64,000 bases of DNA from Escherichia coli (GTDB lineage Bacteria > Pseudomonadota > Gammaproteobacteria > Enterobacterales > Enterobacteriaceae), in NCBI RefSeq assembly GCF_003334785.1, contig NZ_QOWV01000016.1; one strand, 5' to 3'. Each line of letters opens with the position of its first letter. Within the stretch, counting starts at the first letter, position 1. The notes under the pieces were generated by a model. The model saw only the letters and a list, made by a program, of their open reading frames with translations, was not told the origin of the DNA and ran no database searches. Made by a program: the position numbers and the translations under genes. Positions 35,076-45,642 of this stretch are shown piece after piece.

Positions 35076-35264
35076 ATGAATAACAATGAACCAGATACTC
35101 TGCCTGATCCCGCGATAGGCTATATCTTCCAGAATGATATTGTGGCGTTAAAGCAGGCATTTTCACTGCCTGATATTGATTATGCCGATATTTCCCAACG
35201 CGAACAGTTGGCCGCGGCATTAAAACGCTGGCCGTTGCTGGCAGAGTTTGCGCAACAAAAGTAG
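35076..35264 (+). CDS. bcsR: Cellulose biosynthesis regulator BcsR (62 aa)
   Basis: MNNNEPDTLPDPAIGYIFQNDIVALKQAFSLPDIDYADISQREQLAAALKRWPLLAEFAQQK. Confidence 0.85.
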   Translation: MNNNEPDTLPDPAIGYIFQNDIVALKQAFSLPDIDYADISQREQLAAALKRWPLLAEFAQQK

Positions 35265-35275
35265 GGGATTGGTGA

Positions 35276-36028
35276 ATGGCCGTACTGGGATTGCAGGGGG
35301 TGCGGGGAGGCGTGGGGACAACAACCATCACCGCCGCATTAGCCTGGTCATTACAAATGTTGGGAGAAAATGTCCTGGTGGTCGATGCCTGCCCGGACAA
35401 CTTGTTGCGCCTGTCATTTAATGTTGATTTTACCCACCGTCAGGGCTGGGCCAGAGCGATGCTGGATGGCCAGGACTGGCGTGACGCTGGGTTGCGCTAC
35501 ACCTCGCAGCTCGATTTGCTGCCTTTTGGTCAGTTATCCATTGAAGAACAAGAAAATCCACAGCACTGGCAAACCCGGCTGAGCGATATTTGCTCCGGCT
35601 TACAGCAACTAAAAGCCAGCGGGCGTTACCAGTGGATTTTAATCGACTTACCGCGTGATGCCTCGCAGATAACCCACCAGCTGCTGAGTTTGTGCGATCA
35701 CTCGCTGGCAATCGTCAATGTGGATGCCAACTGCCATATCCGACTGCATCAGCAAGCGCTGCCGGATGGCGCACATATTTTGATTAATGACTTCCGTATT
35801 GGCAGTCAGGTTCAGGACGATATTTACCAGCTTTGGTTGCAAAGCCAGCGCCGATTACTGCCGATGCTCATTCATCGTGATGAAGCGATGGCTGAATGCC
35901 TGGCGGCTAAGCAACCAGTAGGTGAATATCGCAGTGATGCGCTGGCGGCTGAAGAGATACTGACGCTGGCGAACTGGTGCCTGTTGAACTACTCCGGGCT
36001 GAAAACGCCAGTCGGGAGTGCATCATGA
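35276..36028 (+). CDS. bcsQ: Cellulose biosynthesis protein BcsQ (MinD/ParA-type ATPase), full-length 250 aa
   Basis: MAVLGLQGVRGGVGTTTITAALAWSLQ... uninterrupted; codon 6 is TTG (Leu) at about 35291..35293; deviant Walker A GVRGGVGTTT. Confidence 0.9.
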   Translation: MAVLGLQGVRGGVGTTTITAALAWSLQMLGENVLVVDACPDNLLRLSFNVDFTHRQGWARAMLDGQDWRDAGLRYTSQLDLLPFGQLSIEEQENPQHWQTRLSDICSGLQQLKASGRYQWILIDLPRDASQITHQLLSLCDHSLAIVNVDANCHIRLHQQALPDGAHILINDFRIGSQVQDDIYQLWLQSQRRLLPMLIHRDEAMAECLAAKQPVGEYRSDALAAEEILTLANWCLLNYSGLKTPVGSAS

Positions 36029-38643
36029 GTATCCTGACCCGGTGGTTGCTTATCCCGCCGGTCAACGCGCGGCTTATCGGGCGTTATCGCGATTATCGTC
36101 GTCACGGTGCGTCGGCTTTCAGCGCGACGCTCGGCTGTTTCTGGATGATCCTGGCCTGGATTTTTATTCCGCTGGAGCACCCGCGCTGGCAGCGTATTCG
36201 CGCAGAACATAAAAACCTGTATCCGCATATCAACGCCTCGCGTCCGCGTCCGCTGGACCCGGTCCGTTATCTCATTCAAACATGCTGGTTATTGATCGGT
36301 GCATCGCGCAAAGAAACGCCGAAACCGCGCAGGCGGGCATTTTCAGGTCTGCAAAATATTCGTGGACGTTACCATCAATGGATGAACGAGCTGCCTGAGC
36401 GCGTTAGCCATAAAACACAGCATCTGGATGAGAAAAAAGAGCTCGGTCATTTGAGTGCCGGGGCGCGGCGGTTGATCCTCGGTATCATCGTCACCTTCTC
36501 GCTGATTCTGGCGTTAATCTGCGTTACTCAGCCGTTTAACCCGCTGGCGCAGTTTATCTTCCTGATGCTGCTGTGGGGGGTAGCGCTGATCGTACGGCGG
36601 ATGCCGGGGCGCTTCTCGGCGCTAATGTTGATTGTGCTGTCGCTGACCGTTTCTTGCCGTTATATCTGGTGGCGTTACACCTCTACGCTGAACTGGGACG
36701 ATCCGGTCAGCCTGGTGTGCGAGCTTATTCTGCTCTTCGCTGAAACGTACGCGTGGATTGTGCTGGTGCTCGGCTACTTCCAGGTAGTATGGCCGCTGAA
36801 TCGTCAGCCGGTGCCATTGCCGAAAGATATGTCGCTGTGGCCGTCGGTGGATATCTTTGTCCCGACTTACAACGAAGATCTCAACGTGGTGAAAAATACC
36901 ATTTACGCCTCGCTGGGTATCGACTGGCCGAAAGATAAGCTGAATATCTGGATCCTTGATGACGGCGGCAGGGAAGAGTTTCGCCAGTTTGCGCAAAACG
37001 TGGGGGTGAAATATATCGCCCGCACCACTCATGAACATGCGAAAGCAGGCAACATCAACAATGCGCTGAAATATGCCAAAGGCGAGTTCGTGTCGATTTT
37101 CGACTGCGACCACGTACCAACGCGATCGTTCTTGCAAATGACCATGGGCTGGTTCCTGAAAGAAAAACAGCTGGCGATGATGCAGACGCCGCACCACTTC
37201 TTCTCACCGGACCCGTTTGAACGCAACCTGGGGCGTTTCCGTAAAACGCCGAACGAAGGCACGCTGTTCTATGGTCTGGTGCAGGATGGCAACGATATGT
37301 GGGACGCCACTTTCTTCTGCGGTTCCTGTGCGGTGATTCGTCGTAAGCCGCTGGATGAAATTGGCGGCATTGCTGTCGAAACCGTGACTGAAGATGCGCA
37401 TACTTCTCTGCGGTTGCACCGTCGTGGCTATACCTCCGCGTATATGCGTATTCCGCAGGCGGCGGGGCTGGCGACCGAAAGTCTGTCGGCGCATATCGGT
37501 CAGCGTATTCGCTGGGCGCGCGGGATGGTACAAATCTTCCGTCTCGATAACCCGCTCACCGGTAAAGGGCTGAAGTTTGCTCAGCGGCTATGTTACGTCA
37601 ACGCCATGTTCCACTTCTTGTCGGGCATTCCACGGCTGATCTTCCTGACTGCGCCGCTGGCGTTCCTGCTGCTTCATGCCTACATCATCTATGCGCCAGC
37701 GTTGATGATCGCCCTATTCGTGCTGCCGCATATGATCCATGCCAGCCTGACCAACTCCAAGATCCAGGGCAAATATCGCCACTCTTTCTGGAGTGAAATC
37801 TACGAAACGGTGCTGGCGTGGTATATCGCACCACCGACGCTGGTGGCGCTGATTAACCCGCACAAAGGCAAATTTAACGTCACCGCCAAAGGTGGACTGG
37901 TGGAAGAAGAGTACGTCGACTGGGTGATCTCGCGGCCCTACATCTTCCTTGTCCTGCTCAACCTGGTGGGCGTTGCGGTAGGCATCTGGCGCTACTTCTA
38001 TGGCCCGCCAACCGAGATGCTCACCGTGGTCGTCAGTATGGTGTGGGTGTTCTACAACCTGATTGTTCTTGGCGGCGCAGTTGCGGTATCGGTAGAAAGC
38101 AAACAGGTACGCCGATCGCACCGCGTGGAGATGACGATGCCCGCGGCAATTGCCCGCGAAGATGGTCACCTCTTCTCGTGTACCGTTCAGGATTTCTCCG
38201 ACGGTGGTTTGGGGATCAAGATCAACGGTCAGGCGCAGATTCTGGAAGGGCAGAAAGTGAATCTGTTGCTTAAACGCGGTCAGCAGGAATACGTCTTCCC
38301 GACCCAGGTGGCGCGCGTGATGGGTAATGAAGTTGGGCTGAAATTAATGCCGCTCACCACCCAGCAACATATCGATTTTGTGCAGTGTACGTTTGCCCGT
38401 GCGGATACATGGGCGCTCTGGCAGGACAGCTACCCGGAAGATAAGCCGCTGGAAAGTCTGCTGGATATTCTGAAGCTCGGCTTCCGTGGCTACCGCCATC
38501 TGGCGGAGTTTGCGCCTTCTTCGGTGAAGGGCATATTCCGTGTGCTGACTTCTCTGGTTTCCTGGGTTGTATCGTTTATTCCGCGCCGCCCGGAGCGGAG
38601 CGAAACGGCACAACCATCGGATCAGGCTTTGGCTCAACAATGA
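36025..38643 (+). CDS. bcsA: Cellulose synthase catalytic subunit BcsA (GT2 plus PilZ), 872 aa
   Basis: ORF 35977..38643; start at MSILTRWLLIPPVNARL... (ATGA overlap with the bcsQ stop); GT2 motifs D,D,D and QxxRW (QRIRWARG); C-terminal PilZ domain. Confidence 0.95.
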   Translation: MSILTRWLLIPPVNARLIGRYRDYRRHGASAFSATLGCFWMILAWIFIPLEHPRWQRIRAEHKNLYPHINASRPRPLDPVRYLIQTCWLLIGASRKETPKPRRRAFSGLQNIRGRYHQWMNELPERVSHKTQHLDEKKELGHLSAGARRLILGIIVTFSLILALICVTQPFNPLAQFIFLMLLWGVALIVRRMPGRFSALMLIVLSLTVSCRYIWWRYTSTLNWDDPVSLVCELILLFAETYAWIVLVLGYFQVVWPLNRQPVPLPKDMSLWPSVDIFVPTYNEDLNVVKNTIYASLGIDWPKDKLNIWILDDGGREEFRQFAQNVGVKYIARTTHEHAKAGNINNALKYAKGEFVSIFDCDHVPTRSFLQMTMGWFLKEKQLAMMQTPHHFFSPDPFERNLGRFRKTPNEGTLFYGLVQDGNDMWDATFFCGSCAVIRRKPLDEIGGIAVETVTEDAHTSLRLHRRGYTSAYMRIPQAAGLATESLSAHIGQRIRWARGMVQIFRLDNPLTGKGLKFAQRLCYVNAMFHFLSGIPRLIFLTAPLAFLLLHAYIIYAPALMIALFVLPHMIHASLTNSKIQGKYRHSFWSEIYETVLAWYIAPPTLVALINPHKGKFNVTAKGGLVEEEYVDWVISRPYIFLVLLNLVGVAVGIWRYFYGPPTEMLTVVVSMVWVFYNLIVLGGAVAVSVESKQVRRSHRVEMTMPAAIAREDGHLFSCTVQDFSDGGLGIKINGQAQILEGQKVNLLLKRGQQEYVFPTQVARVMGNEVGLKLMPLTTQQHIDFVQCTFARADTWALWQDSYPEDKPLESLLDILKLGFRGYRHLAEFAPSSVKGIFRVLTSLVSWVVSFIPRRPERSETAQPSDQALAQQ

Positions 38644-38653
38644 TGATAACGCG

Positions 38654-40993
38654 ATGAAAAGAAAACTATTCTGGATTTGTGCAGTGGCTATGGGGATGAG
38701 TGCGTTCCCCTCTTTCATGACGCAGGCGACGCCAGCAACGCAACCACTGATCAATGCTGAGCCAGCTGTAGCCGCCCAGACGGAACAAAATCCGCAGGTG
38801 GGGCAAGTGATGCCGGGCGTGCAGGGCGCTGATGCGCCAGTCGTGGCGCAGAACGGTCCTTCGCGTGATGTGAAGCTGACCTTTGCGCAAATTGCACCGC
38901 CGCCGGGCAGCATGGTGCTACGTGGCATTAACCCGAACGGCAGCATTGAGTTTGGTATGCGCAGCGATGAAGTGGTGACGAAGGCGATGCTCAACCTCGA
39001 ATACACCCCATCGCCATCGTTACTGCCTGTCCAGTCGCAGTTAAAGGTTTATCTCAATGATGAACTGATGGGCGTGCTGCCAGTGACCAAAGAACAGTTG
39101 GGTAAAAAAACGCTGGCGCAAATGCCCATTAACCCACTGTTTATTACCGACTTCAACCGTGTACGGCTGGAGTTTGTCGGCCATTATCAGGACGTGTGCG
39201 AAAACCCGGCCAGCACCACGCTTTGGCTGGATGTTGGGCGGAGCAGTGGACTGGATCTGACCTATCAGACCCTGAATGTGAAGAATGACCTGTCACACTT
39301 CCCGGTGCCATTCTTTGACCCGCGCGATAACCGCACCAACACCTTGCCGATGGTCTTTGCGGGTGCGCCGGATGTTGGGCTGCAACAAGCCTCTGCCATT
39401 GTCGCCTCGTGGTTTGGTTCGCGTTCTGGCTGGCGTGGGCAGAACTTCCCGGTACTCTATAACCAACTGCCGGATCGCAATGCCATTGTCTTTGCAACCA
39501 ACGACAAACGGCCGGACTTCCTGCGCGATCATCCGGCGGTAAAAGCCCCGGTGATTGAGATGATTAACCATCCGCAGAATCCTTACGTCAAACTGCTGGT
39601 GGTGTTTGGTCGTGACGACAAAGACCTGTTGCAGGCAGCGAAAGGTATCGCTCAGGGTAACATTCTGTTCCGTGGTGAAAGCGTGGTAGTGAATGAAGTG
39701 AAACCGCTGCTACCGCGTAAGCCGTACGATGCGCCGAACTGGGTACGTACCGATCGTCCGGTCACATTTGGCGAACTGAAAACCTATGAAGAACAGTTAC
39801 AATCCAGCGGTCTTGAGCCAGCAGCGATTAACGTTTCGCTAAACCTGCCGCCGGATCTCTACCTGATGCGCAGTACCGGCATTGATATGGATATTAATTA
39901 CCGCTACACCATGCCGCCGGTGAAAGACAGTTCGCGGATGGATATCAGCCTGAATAACCAGTTCCTGCAATCCTTCAACCTGAGCAGCAAACAGGAGGCG
40001 AACCGCCTGCTGCTGCGGATTCCGGTATTACAAGGTTTGCTGGATGGCAAAACAGATGTCTCTATTCCGGCGCTGAAACTGGGCGCGACCAACCAGCTGC
40101 GCTTCGACTTTGAGTATATGAACCCGATGCCGGGCGGTTCGGTGGATAACTGTATTACCTTCCAGCCGGTGCAGAATCATGTGGTGATTGGTGACGACTC
40201 CACCATCGACTTCTCGAAGTATTACCACTTCATCCCGATGCCGGATCTACGCGCCTTTGCTAACGCGGGCTTCCCATTCAGCCGGATGGCGGATCTGTCG
40301 CAAACCATCACCGTGATGCCGAAAGCGCCTAACGAAGCACAGATGGAAACGTTGCTGAATACTGTTGGTTTTATCGGCGCACAGACGGGCTTCCCGGCGA
40401 TTAATCTGACGGTGACCGATGATGGCAGCACCATTCAGGGCAAAGATGCCGACATCATGATCATCGGTGGTATCCCGGACAAACTGAAAGACGATAAGCA
40501 GATCGACCTATTGGTGCAGGCGACCGAAAGCTGGGTGAAAACACCGATGCGCCAGACCCCGTTCCCCGGCATTGTGCCGGACGAGAGCGATCGCGCGGCA
40601 GAAACCCGGTCAACGCTGACCTCTTCCGGTGCGATGGCGGCGGTGATTGGCTTCCAGTCGCCGTATAACGACCAGCGCAGCGTGATTGCGCTGTTGGCAG
40701 ATAGCCCACGCGGTTATGAAATGCTTAACGATGCGGTGAACGATAGCGGCAAACGCGCCACCATGTTCGGTTCGGTCGCGGTGATCCGCGAGTCCGGTAT
40801 CAACAGCCTACGTGTTGGCGACGTTTATTACGTAGGTCATCTGCCGTGGTTCGAGCGCGTGTGGTATGCGCTGGCAAACCATCCGATTCTGCTGGCGGTG
40901 CTGGCGGCTATCAGTGTGATATTGCTGGCATGGGTACTGTGGCGTCTGCTGCGAATTATTAGTCGTCGTCGTCTTAACCCGGATAACGAGTAA
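38654..40993 (+). CDS. bcsB: Cellulose synthase periplasmic subunit BcsB (779 aa)
   Basis: ORF 38567..40993; start at MKRKLFWICAVAMGMSAFPSFMTQA (signal peptide); C-terminal TM anchor. Confidence 0.95.
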   Translation: MKRKLFWICAVAMGMSAFPSFMTQATPATQPLINAEPAVAAQTEQNPQVGQVMPGVQGADAPVVAQNGPSRDVKLTFAQIAPPPGSMVLRGINPNGSIEFGMRSDEVVTKAMLNLEYTPSPSLLPVQSQLKVYLNDELMGVLPVTKEQLGKKTLAQMPINPLFITDFNRVRLEFVGHYQDVCENPASTTLWLDVGRSSGLDLTYQTLNVKNDLSHFPVPFFDPRDNRTNTLPMVFAGAPDVGLQQASAIVASWFGSRSGWRGQNFPVLYNQLPDRNAIVFATNDKRPDFLRDHPAVKAPVIEMINHPQNPYVKLLVVFGRDDKDLLQAAKGIAQGNILFRGESVVVNEVKPLLPRKPYDAPNWVRTDRPVTFGELKTYEEQLQSSGLEPAAINVSLNLPPDLYLMRSTGIDMDINYRYTMPPVKDSSRMDISLNNQFLQSFNLSSKQEANRLLLRIPVLQGLLDGKTDVSIPALKLGATNQLRFDFEYMNPMPGGSVDNCITFQPVQNHVVIGDDSTIDFSKYYHFIPMPDLRAFANAGFPFSRMADLSQTITVMPKAPNEAQMETLLNTVGFIGAQTGFPAINLTVTDDGSTIQGKDADIMIIGGIPDKLKDDKQIDLLVQATESWVKTPMRQTPFPGIVPDESDRAAETRSTLTSSGAMAAVIGFQSPYNDQRSVIALLADSPRGYEMLNDAVNDSGKRATMFGSVAVIRESGINSLRVGDVYYVGHLPWFERVWYALANHPILLAVLAAISVILLAWVLWRLLRIISRRRLNPDNE

Positions 40994-40999
40994 TTGAAG

Positions 41000-42106
41000 A
41001 TGAATGTGTTGCGTAGTGGAATCGTGACGATGCTGCTGCTGGCTGCCTTTAGTGTTCAGGCAGCCTGTACCTGGCCTGCCTGGGAGCAGTTTAAAAAGGA
41101 TTACATCAGTCAGGAAGGGCGCGTCATCGACCCCAGCGACGCGCGCAAAATCACCACCTCCGAAGGGCAAAGTTACGGCATGTTCTCTGCCCTGGCGGCT
41201 AACGACCGTGCAGCTTTCGATAATATTCTCGACTGGACGCAGAACAATCTCGCTCAGGGTTCTTTAAAAGAACGTTTGCCCGCCTGGCTGTGGGGCAAGA
41301 AAGAGAACAGTAAGTGGGAAGTGCTGGACAGCAATTCGGCCTCCGATGGTGATGTCTGGATGGCCTGGTCGTTGCTGGAGGCGGGGCGTTTGTGGAAAGA
41401 GCAGCGTTATACCGACATCGGCAGCGCGTTGCTAAAACGTATCGCGCGGGAGGAAGTGGTGACGGTGCCTGGGCTGGGTTCCATGTTGTTACCGGGCAAA
41501 GTGGGTTTTGCTGAGGATAACAGCTGGCGTTTTAACCCCAGCTACCTGCCGCCGACGCTGGCGCAGTATTTCACCCGCTTTGGCGCGCCGTGGACCACGC
41601 TGCGCGAAACCAATCAACGTTTATTGCTGGAAACCGCCCCGAAAGGTTTTTCGCCAGACTGGGTGCGCTATGAGAAAGACAAAGGCTGGCAGCTAAAAGC
41701 CGAAAAAACATTGATCAGCAGCTACGACGCTATCCGCGTTTACATGTGGGTAGGCATGATGCCTGACAGCGATCCGCAAAAAGCGCGGATGCTCAACCGG
41801 TTTAAACCGATGGCGACATTCACTGAGAAAAACGGTTATCCGCCGGAAAAAGTGGATGTGGCTACGGGGAAAGCGCAGGGTAAAGGACCAGTCGGTTTTT
41901 CTGCCGCCATGCTGCCCTTTTTACAAAACCGCGATGCGCAGGCCGTTCAGCGCCAGCGCGTGGCCGATAACTTTCCCGGCAGCGATGCCTATTACAACTA
42001 TGTGCTGACCCTGTTTGGACAAGGCTGGGATCAACACCGTTTCCGCTTCTCGACAAAAGGTGAGTTATTACCTGACTGGGGCCAGGAATGCGCAAATTCA
42101 CACTAA
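41000..42106 (+). CDS. bcsZ: Endo-1,4-beta-glucanase BcsZ (GH8 cellulase), about 368 aa
   Basis: [35 protein letters not shown]...[10 protein letters not shown]...; first ATG at 41000 used. Confidence 0.9.
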   Translation: MNVLRSGIVTMLLLAAFSVQAACTWPAWEQFKKDYISQEGRVIDPSDARKITTSEGQSYGMFSALAANDRAAFDNILDWTQNNLAQGSLKERLPAWLWGKKENSKWEVLDSNSASDGDVWMAWSLLEAGRLWKEQRYTDIGSALLKRIAREEVVTVPGLGSMLLPGKVGFAEDNSWRFNPSYLPPTLAQYFTRFGAPWTTLRETNQRLLLETAPKGFSPDWVRYEKDKGWQLKAEKTLISSYDAIRVYMWVGMMPDSDPQKARMLNRFKPMATFTEKNGYPPEKVDVATGKAQGKGPVGFSAAMLPFLQNRDAQAVQRQRVADNFPGSDAYYNYVLTLFGQGWDQHRFRFSTKGELLPDWGQECANSH

Positions 42107-45100
42107 ACATATTCACGCTTTCCCTCGGTCTGGCCGTCATGCCGATGGTCGAGGCAGCACCAACCGCTCAGCAACAGTTGCTGGAGCAAGTTCGGTTAGG
42201 CGAAGCGACCCATCGTGAAGATCTGGTGCAACAGTCGTTATATCGGCTGGAACTTATTGATCCGAATAACCCGGACGTCGTTGCCGCCCGTTTCCGTTCT
42301 TTGTTACGTCAGGGCGATATTGATGGCGCGCAAAAACAGCTCGATCGGCTGTCGCAGTTAGCGCCGAGTTCAAATGCGTATAAATCGTCGCGGACTACGA
42401 TGCTACTTTCCACGCCGGATGGTCGTCAGGCACTGCAACAGGCACGATTGCAGGCGACGACCGGTCATGCAGAAGAAGCTGTGGCGAGTTACAACAAACT
42501 GTTCAACGGTGCGCCGCCGGAAGGTGACATTGCTGTCGAGTACTGGAGTACGGTGGCGAAAATTCCGGCTCGCCGTGGCGAAGCGATTAATCAGTTAAAA
42601 CGCATCAATGCGGATGCACCGGGCAATACGGGCCTGCAAAACAATCTGGCGCTATTGCTGTTTAGTAGCGATCGCCGTGACGAAGGTTTTGCCGTCCTGG
42701 AACAGATGGCAAAATCGAACGCCGGGCGCGAAGGGGCCTCTAAAATCTGGTACGGGCAGATTAAAGACATGCCCGTCAGTGATGCCAGTGTGTCGGCGCT
42801 GAAAAAATATCTCTCGATCTTTAGTGATGGCGATAGCGTGGCGGCTGCGCAATCGCAACTGGCAGAACAGCAAAAACAGCTGGCCGATCCTGCTTTCCGC
42901 GCTCGTGCGCAAGGTTTAGCGGCGGTGGACTCTGGTATGGCGGGTAAAGCCATTCCCGAACTACAACAGGCGGTGCGGGCGAACCCGAAAGACAGTGAAG
43001 CTCTGGGGGCGCTGGGCCAGGCGTATTCTCAGAAAGGCGATCGCGCCAATGCAGTGGCGAATCTGGAAAAAGCCCTCGCACTGGACCCGCACAGCAGCAA
43101 CAACGACAAATGGAACAGTCTGCTGAAAGTAAACCGCTACTGGCTGGCGATCCAGCAGGGCGATGCTGCGCTGAAAGCCAATAATCCTGACCGGGCAGAA
43201 CGCCTGTTCCAGCAGGCGCGTAATGTCGATAACACCGACAGTTATGCAGTGCTGGGGCTGGGCGATGTGGCGATGGCGCGAAAAGATTATCCCGCCGCCG
43301 AACGTTATTATCAGCAGACCTTGCGTATGGACAGCGGCAACACTAACGCCGTGCGCGGGCTGGCAAATATTTACCGCCAGCAATCGCCAGAAAAAGCTGA
43401 AGCGTTTATCGCCTCGCTCTCTGCCAGTCAGCGGCGTAGCATTGATGATATCGAACGCAGCCTGCAAAACGACCGTCTGGCACAGCAGGCAGAGGCACTG
43501 GAAAACCAGGGCAAATGGGCGCAGGCGGCAGCACTTCAGCGGCAACGACTGGCGCTGGACCCCGGCAGCGTATGGATTACTTACCGACTTTCGCAGGATC
43601 TCTGGCAGGCCGGACAACGCAGCCAGGCCGATACGTTAATGCGCAATCTGGCGCAGCAGAAGTCGAACGACCCGGAGCAGGTTTACGCTTACGGGCTGTA
43701 CCTCTCTGGTCATGACCAGGACAGAGCGGCGCTGGCGCATATCAACAGCCTGCCGCGTGCGCAGTGGAACAGCAATATTCAGGAGCTGGTTAATCGACTG
43801 CAAAGCGATCAGGTGCTGGAAACCGCTAACCGCCTGCGAGAAAGCGGCAAAGAGGCAGAAGCGGAAGCGATGCTGCGCCAGCAACCACCTTCCACGCGTA
43901 TTGACCTCACGCTGGCTGACTGGGCGCAACAACGACGTGATTACACCGCCGCCCGCGCTGCATATCAGAATGTCCTGACGCGGGAGCCAGCTAACGCCGA
44001 CGCCATTCTTGGTCTGACGGAAGTGGATATTGCTGCCGGTGACAAAGCGGCGGCACGTAGCCAGCTGGCGAAACTGCCCGCTACCGATAACGCCTCGCTG
44101 AACACACAGCGGCGCGTGGCGCTGGCACAGGCGCAGCTTGGCGATACCGCAGCAGCGCAGCGGACGTTTAATAAGTTGATCCCGCAGGCAAAATCTCAGC
44201 CACCGTCGATGGAAAGCGCGATGGTGCTGCGTGATGGTGCGAAGTTTGAAGCGCAGGCGGGCGATCCAACGCAGGCGCTGGAAACCTACAAAGACGCCAT
44301 GGTCGCATCCGGTGTGACTACGACGCGTCCGCAGGATAACGACACCTTTACCCGACTGACCCGTAACGACGAGAAAGATGACTGGCTGAAACGTGGCGTG
44401 CGCAGCGATGCGGCGGACCTCTATCGCCAGCAGGATCTTAACGTCACCCTTGAGCACGATTACTGGGGTTCGAGCGGCACCGGTGGTTACTCCGATCTGA
44501 AAGCGCACACTACCATGTTGCAGGTGGATGCGCCGTATTCTGACGGGCGGATGTTCTTTCGCAGTGATTTCGTCAATATGAACGTCGGCAGTTTCTCCAC
44601 TAATGCCGATGGCAAATGGGATGACAACTGGGGCACCTGTACATTACAGGACTGTAGCGGCAACCGCAGCCAGTCGGATTCCGGTGCCAGCGTGGCGGTC
44701 GGCTGGCGAAATGACGTCTGGAGCTGGGATATCGGTACCACGCCGATGGGCTTCAACGTGGTGGATGTGGTCGGCGGCATCAGTTACAGCGATGATATCG
44801 GGCCGCTGGGTTACACCGTTAACGCCCACCGTCGGCCCATCTCCAGTTCTTTGCTGGCCTTTGGTGGGCAAAAAGACTCCCCGAGCAATACCGGGAAAAA
44901 ATGGGGTGGCGTACGTGCCGACGGTGTGGGGCTAAGTCTGAGCTACGATAAAGGTGAAGCAAACGGCGTCTGGGCATCGCTTAGTGGCGACCAGTTAACC
45001 GGTAAAAATGTCGAAGATAACTGGCGCGTGCGCTGGATGACGGGCTATTACTATAAGGTCATTAACCAGAACAATCGCCGCGTCACAATCGGCCTGAACA

Positions 45101-45561
45101 ACATGATCTGGCATTACGACAAAGATCTGAGTGGCTACTCACTCGGTCAGGGCGGTTACTACAGTCCGCAGGAATACCTGTCGTTTGCCATACCGGTGAT
45201 GTGGCGGGAGCGCACGGAAAACTGGTCGTGGGAGCTGGGTGCGTCTGGCTCGTGGTCGCATTCACGCACCAAAACCATGCCGCGTTATCCGCTGATGAAT
45301 CTGATCCCGACCGACTGGCAGGAAGAAGCTGCGCGGCAATCCAACGATGGCGGCAGCAGTCAGGGCTTCGGCTACACGGCGCGGGCATTACTTGAACGAC
45401 GTGTTACTTCCAACTGGTTTGTTGGCACGGCAATTGATATCCAGCAGGCGAAAGATTACGCACCCAGCCATTTCCTGCTCTACGTACGTTATTCCGCCGC
45501 CGGATGGCAGGGTGACATGGATTTACCGCCGCAGCCGCTGATACCTTACGCCGACTGGTAA
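42088..45561 (+). CDS. bcsC: Cellulose export protein BcsC (TPR repeats plus C-terminal outer-membrane beta-barrel), 1157 aa
   Basis: [45 protein letters not shown]...; start overlaps the bcsZ 3' end. Confidence 0.95.
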   Translation: MRKFTLNIFTLSLGLAVMPMVEAAPTAQQQLLEQVRLGEATHREDLVQQSLYRLELIDPNNPDVVAARFRSLLRQGDIDGAQKQLDRLSQLAPSSNAYKSSRTTMLLSTPDGRQALQQARLQATTGHAEEAVASYNKLFNGAPPEGDIAVEYWSTVAKIPARRGEAINQLKRINADAPGNTGLQNNLALLLFSSDRRDEGFAVLEQMAKSNAGREGASKIWYGQIKDMPVSDASVSALKKYLSIFSDGDSVAAAQSQLAEQQKQLADPAFRARAQGLAAVDSGMAGKAIPELQQAVRANPKDSEALGALGQAYSQKGDRANAVANLEKALALDPHSSNNDKWNSLLKVNRYWLAIQQGDAALKANNPDRAERLFQQARNVDNTDSYAVLGLGDVAMARKDYPAAERYYQQTLRMDSGNTNAVRGLANIYRQQSPEKAEAFIASLSASQRRSIDDIERSLQNDRLAQQAEALENQGKWAQAAALQRQRLALDPGSVWITYRLSQDLWQAGQRSQADTLMRNLAQQKSNDPEQVYAYGLYLSGHDQDRAALAHINSLPRAQWNSNIQELVNRLQSDQVLETANRLRESGKEAEAEAMLRQQPPSTRIDLTLADWAQQRRDYTAARAAYQNVLTREPANADAILGLTEVDIAAGDKAAARSQLAKLPATDNASLNTQRRVALAQAQLGDTAAAQRTFNKLIPQAKSQPPSMESAMVLRDGAKFEAQAGDPTQALETYKDAMVASGVTTTRPQDNDTFTRLTRNDEKDDWLKRGVRSDAADLYRQQDLNVTLEHDYWGSSGTGGYSDLKAHTTMLQVDAPYSDGRMFFRSDFVNMNVGSFSTNADGKWDDNWGTCTLQDCSGNRSQSDSGASVAVGWRNDVWSWDIGTTPMGFNVVDVVGGISYSDDIGPLGYTVNAHRRPISSSLLAFGGQKDSPSNTGKKWGGVRADGVGLSLSYDKGEANGVWASLSGDQLTGKNVEDNWRVRWMTGYYYKVINQNNRRVTIGLNNMIWHYDKDLSGYSLGQGGYYSPQEYLSFAIPVMWRERTENWSWELGASGSWSHSRTKTMPRYPLMNLIPTDWQEEAARQSNDGGSSQGFGYTARALLERRVTSNWFVGTAIDIQQAKDYAPSHFLLYVRYSAAGWQGDMDLPPQPLIPYADW

Positions 45562-45642
45562 GTTTTCAGATAGCGCCTCTCTTAATGCCGCTGCGATCGG
45601 GTATACTCGGGCGGCAATCTGGGATTTCCGGGGGGAGACAAT

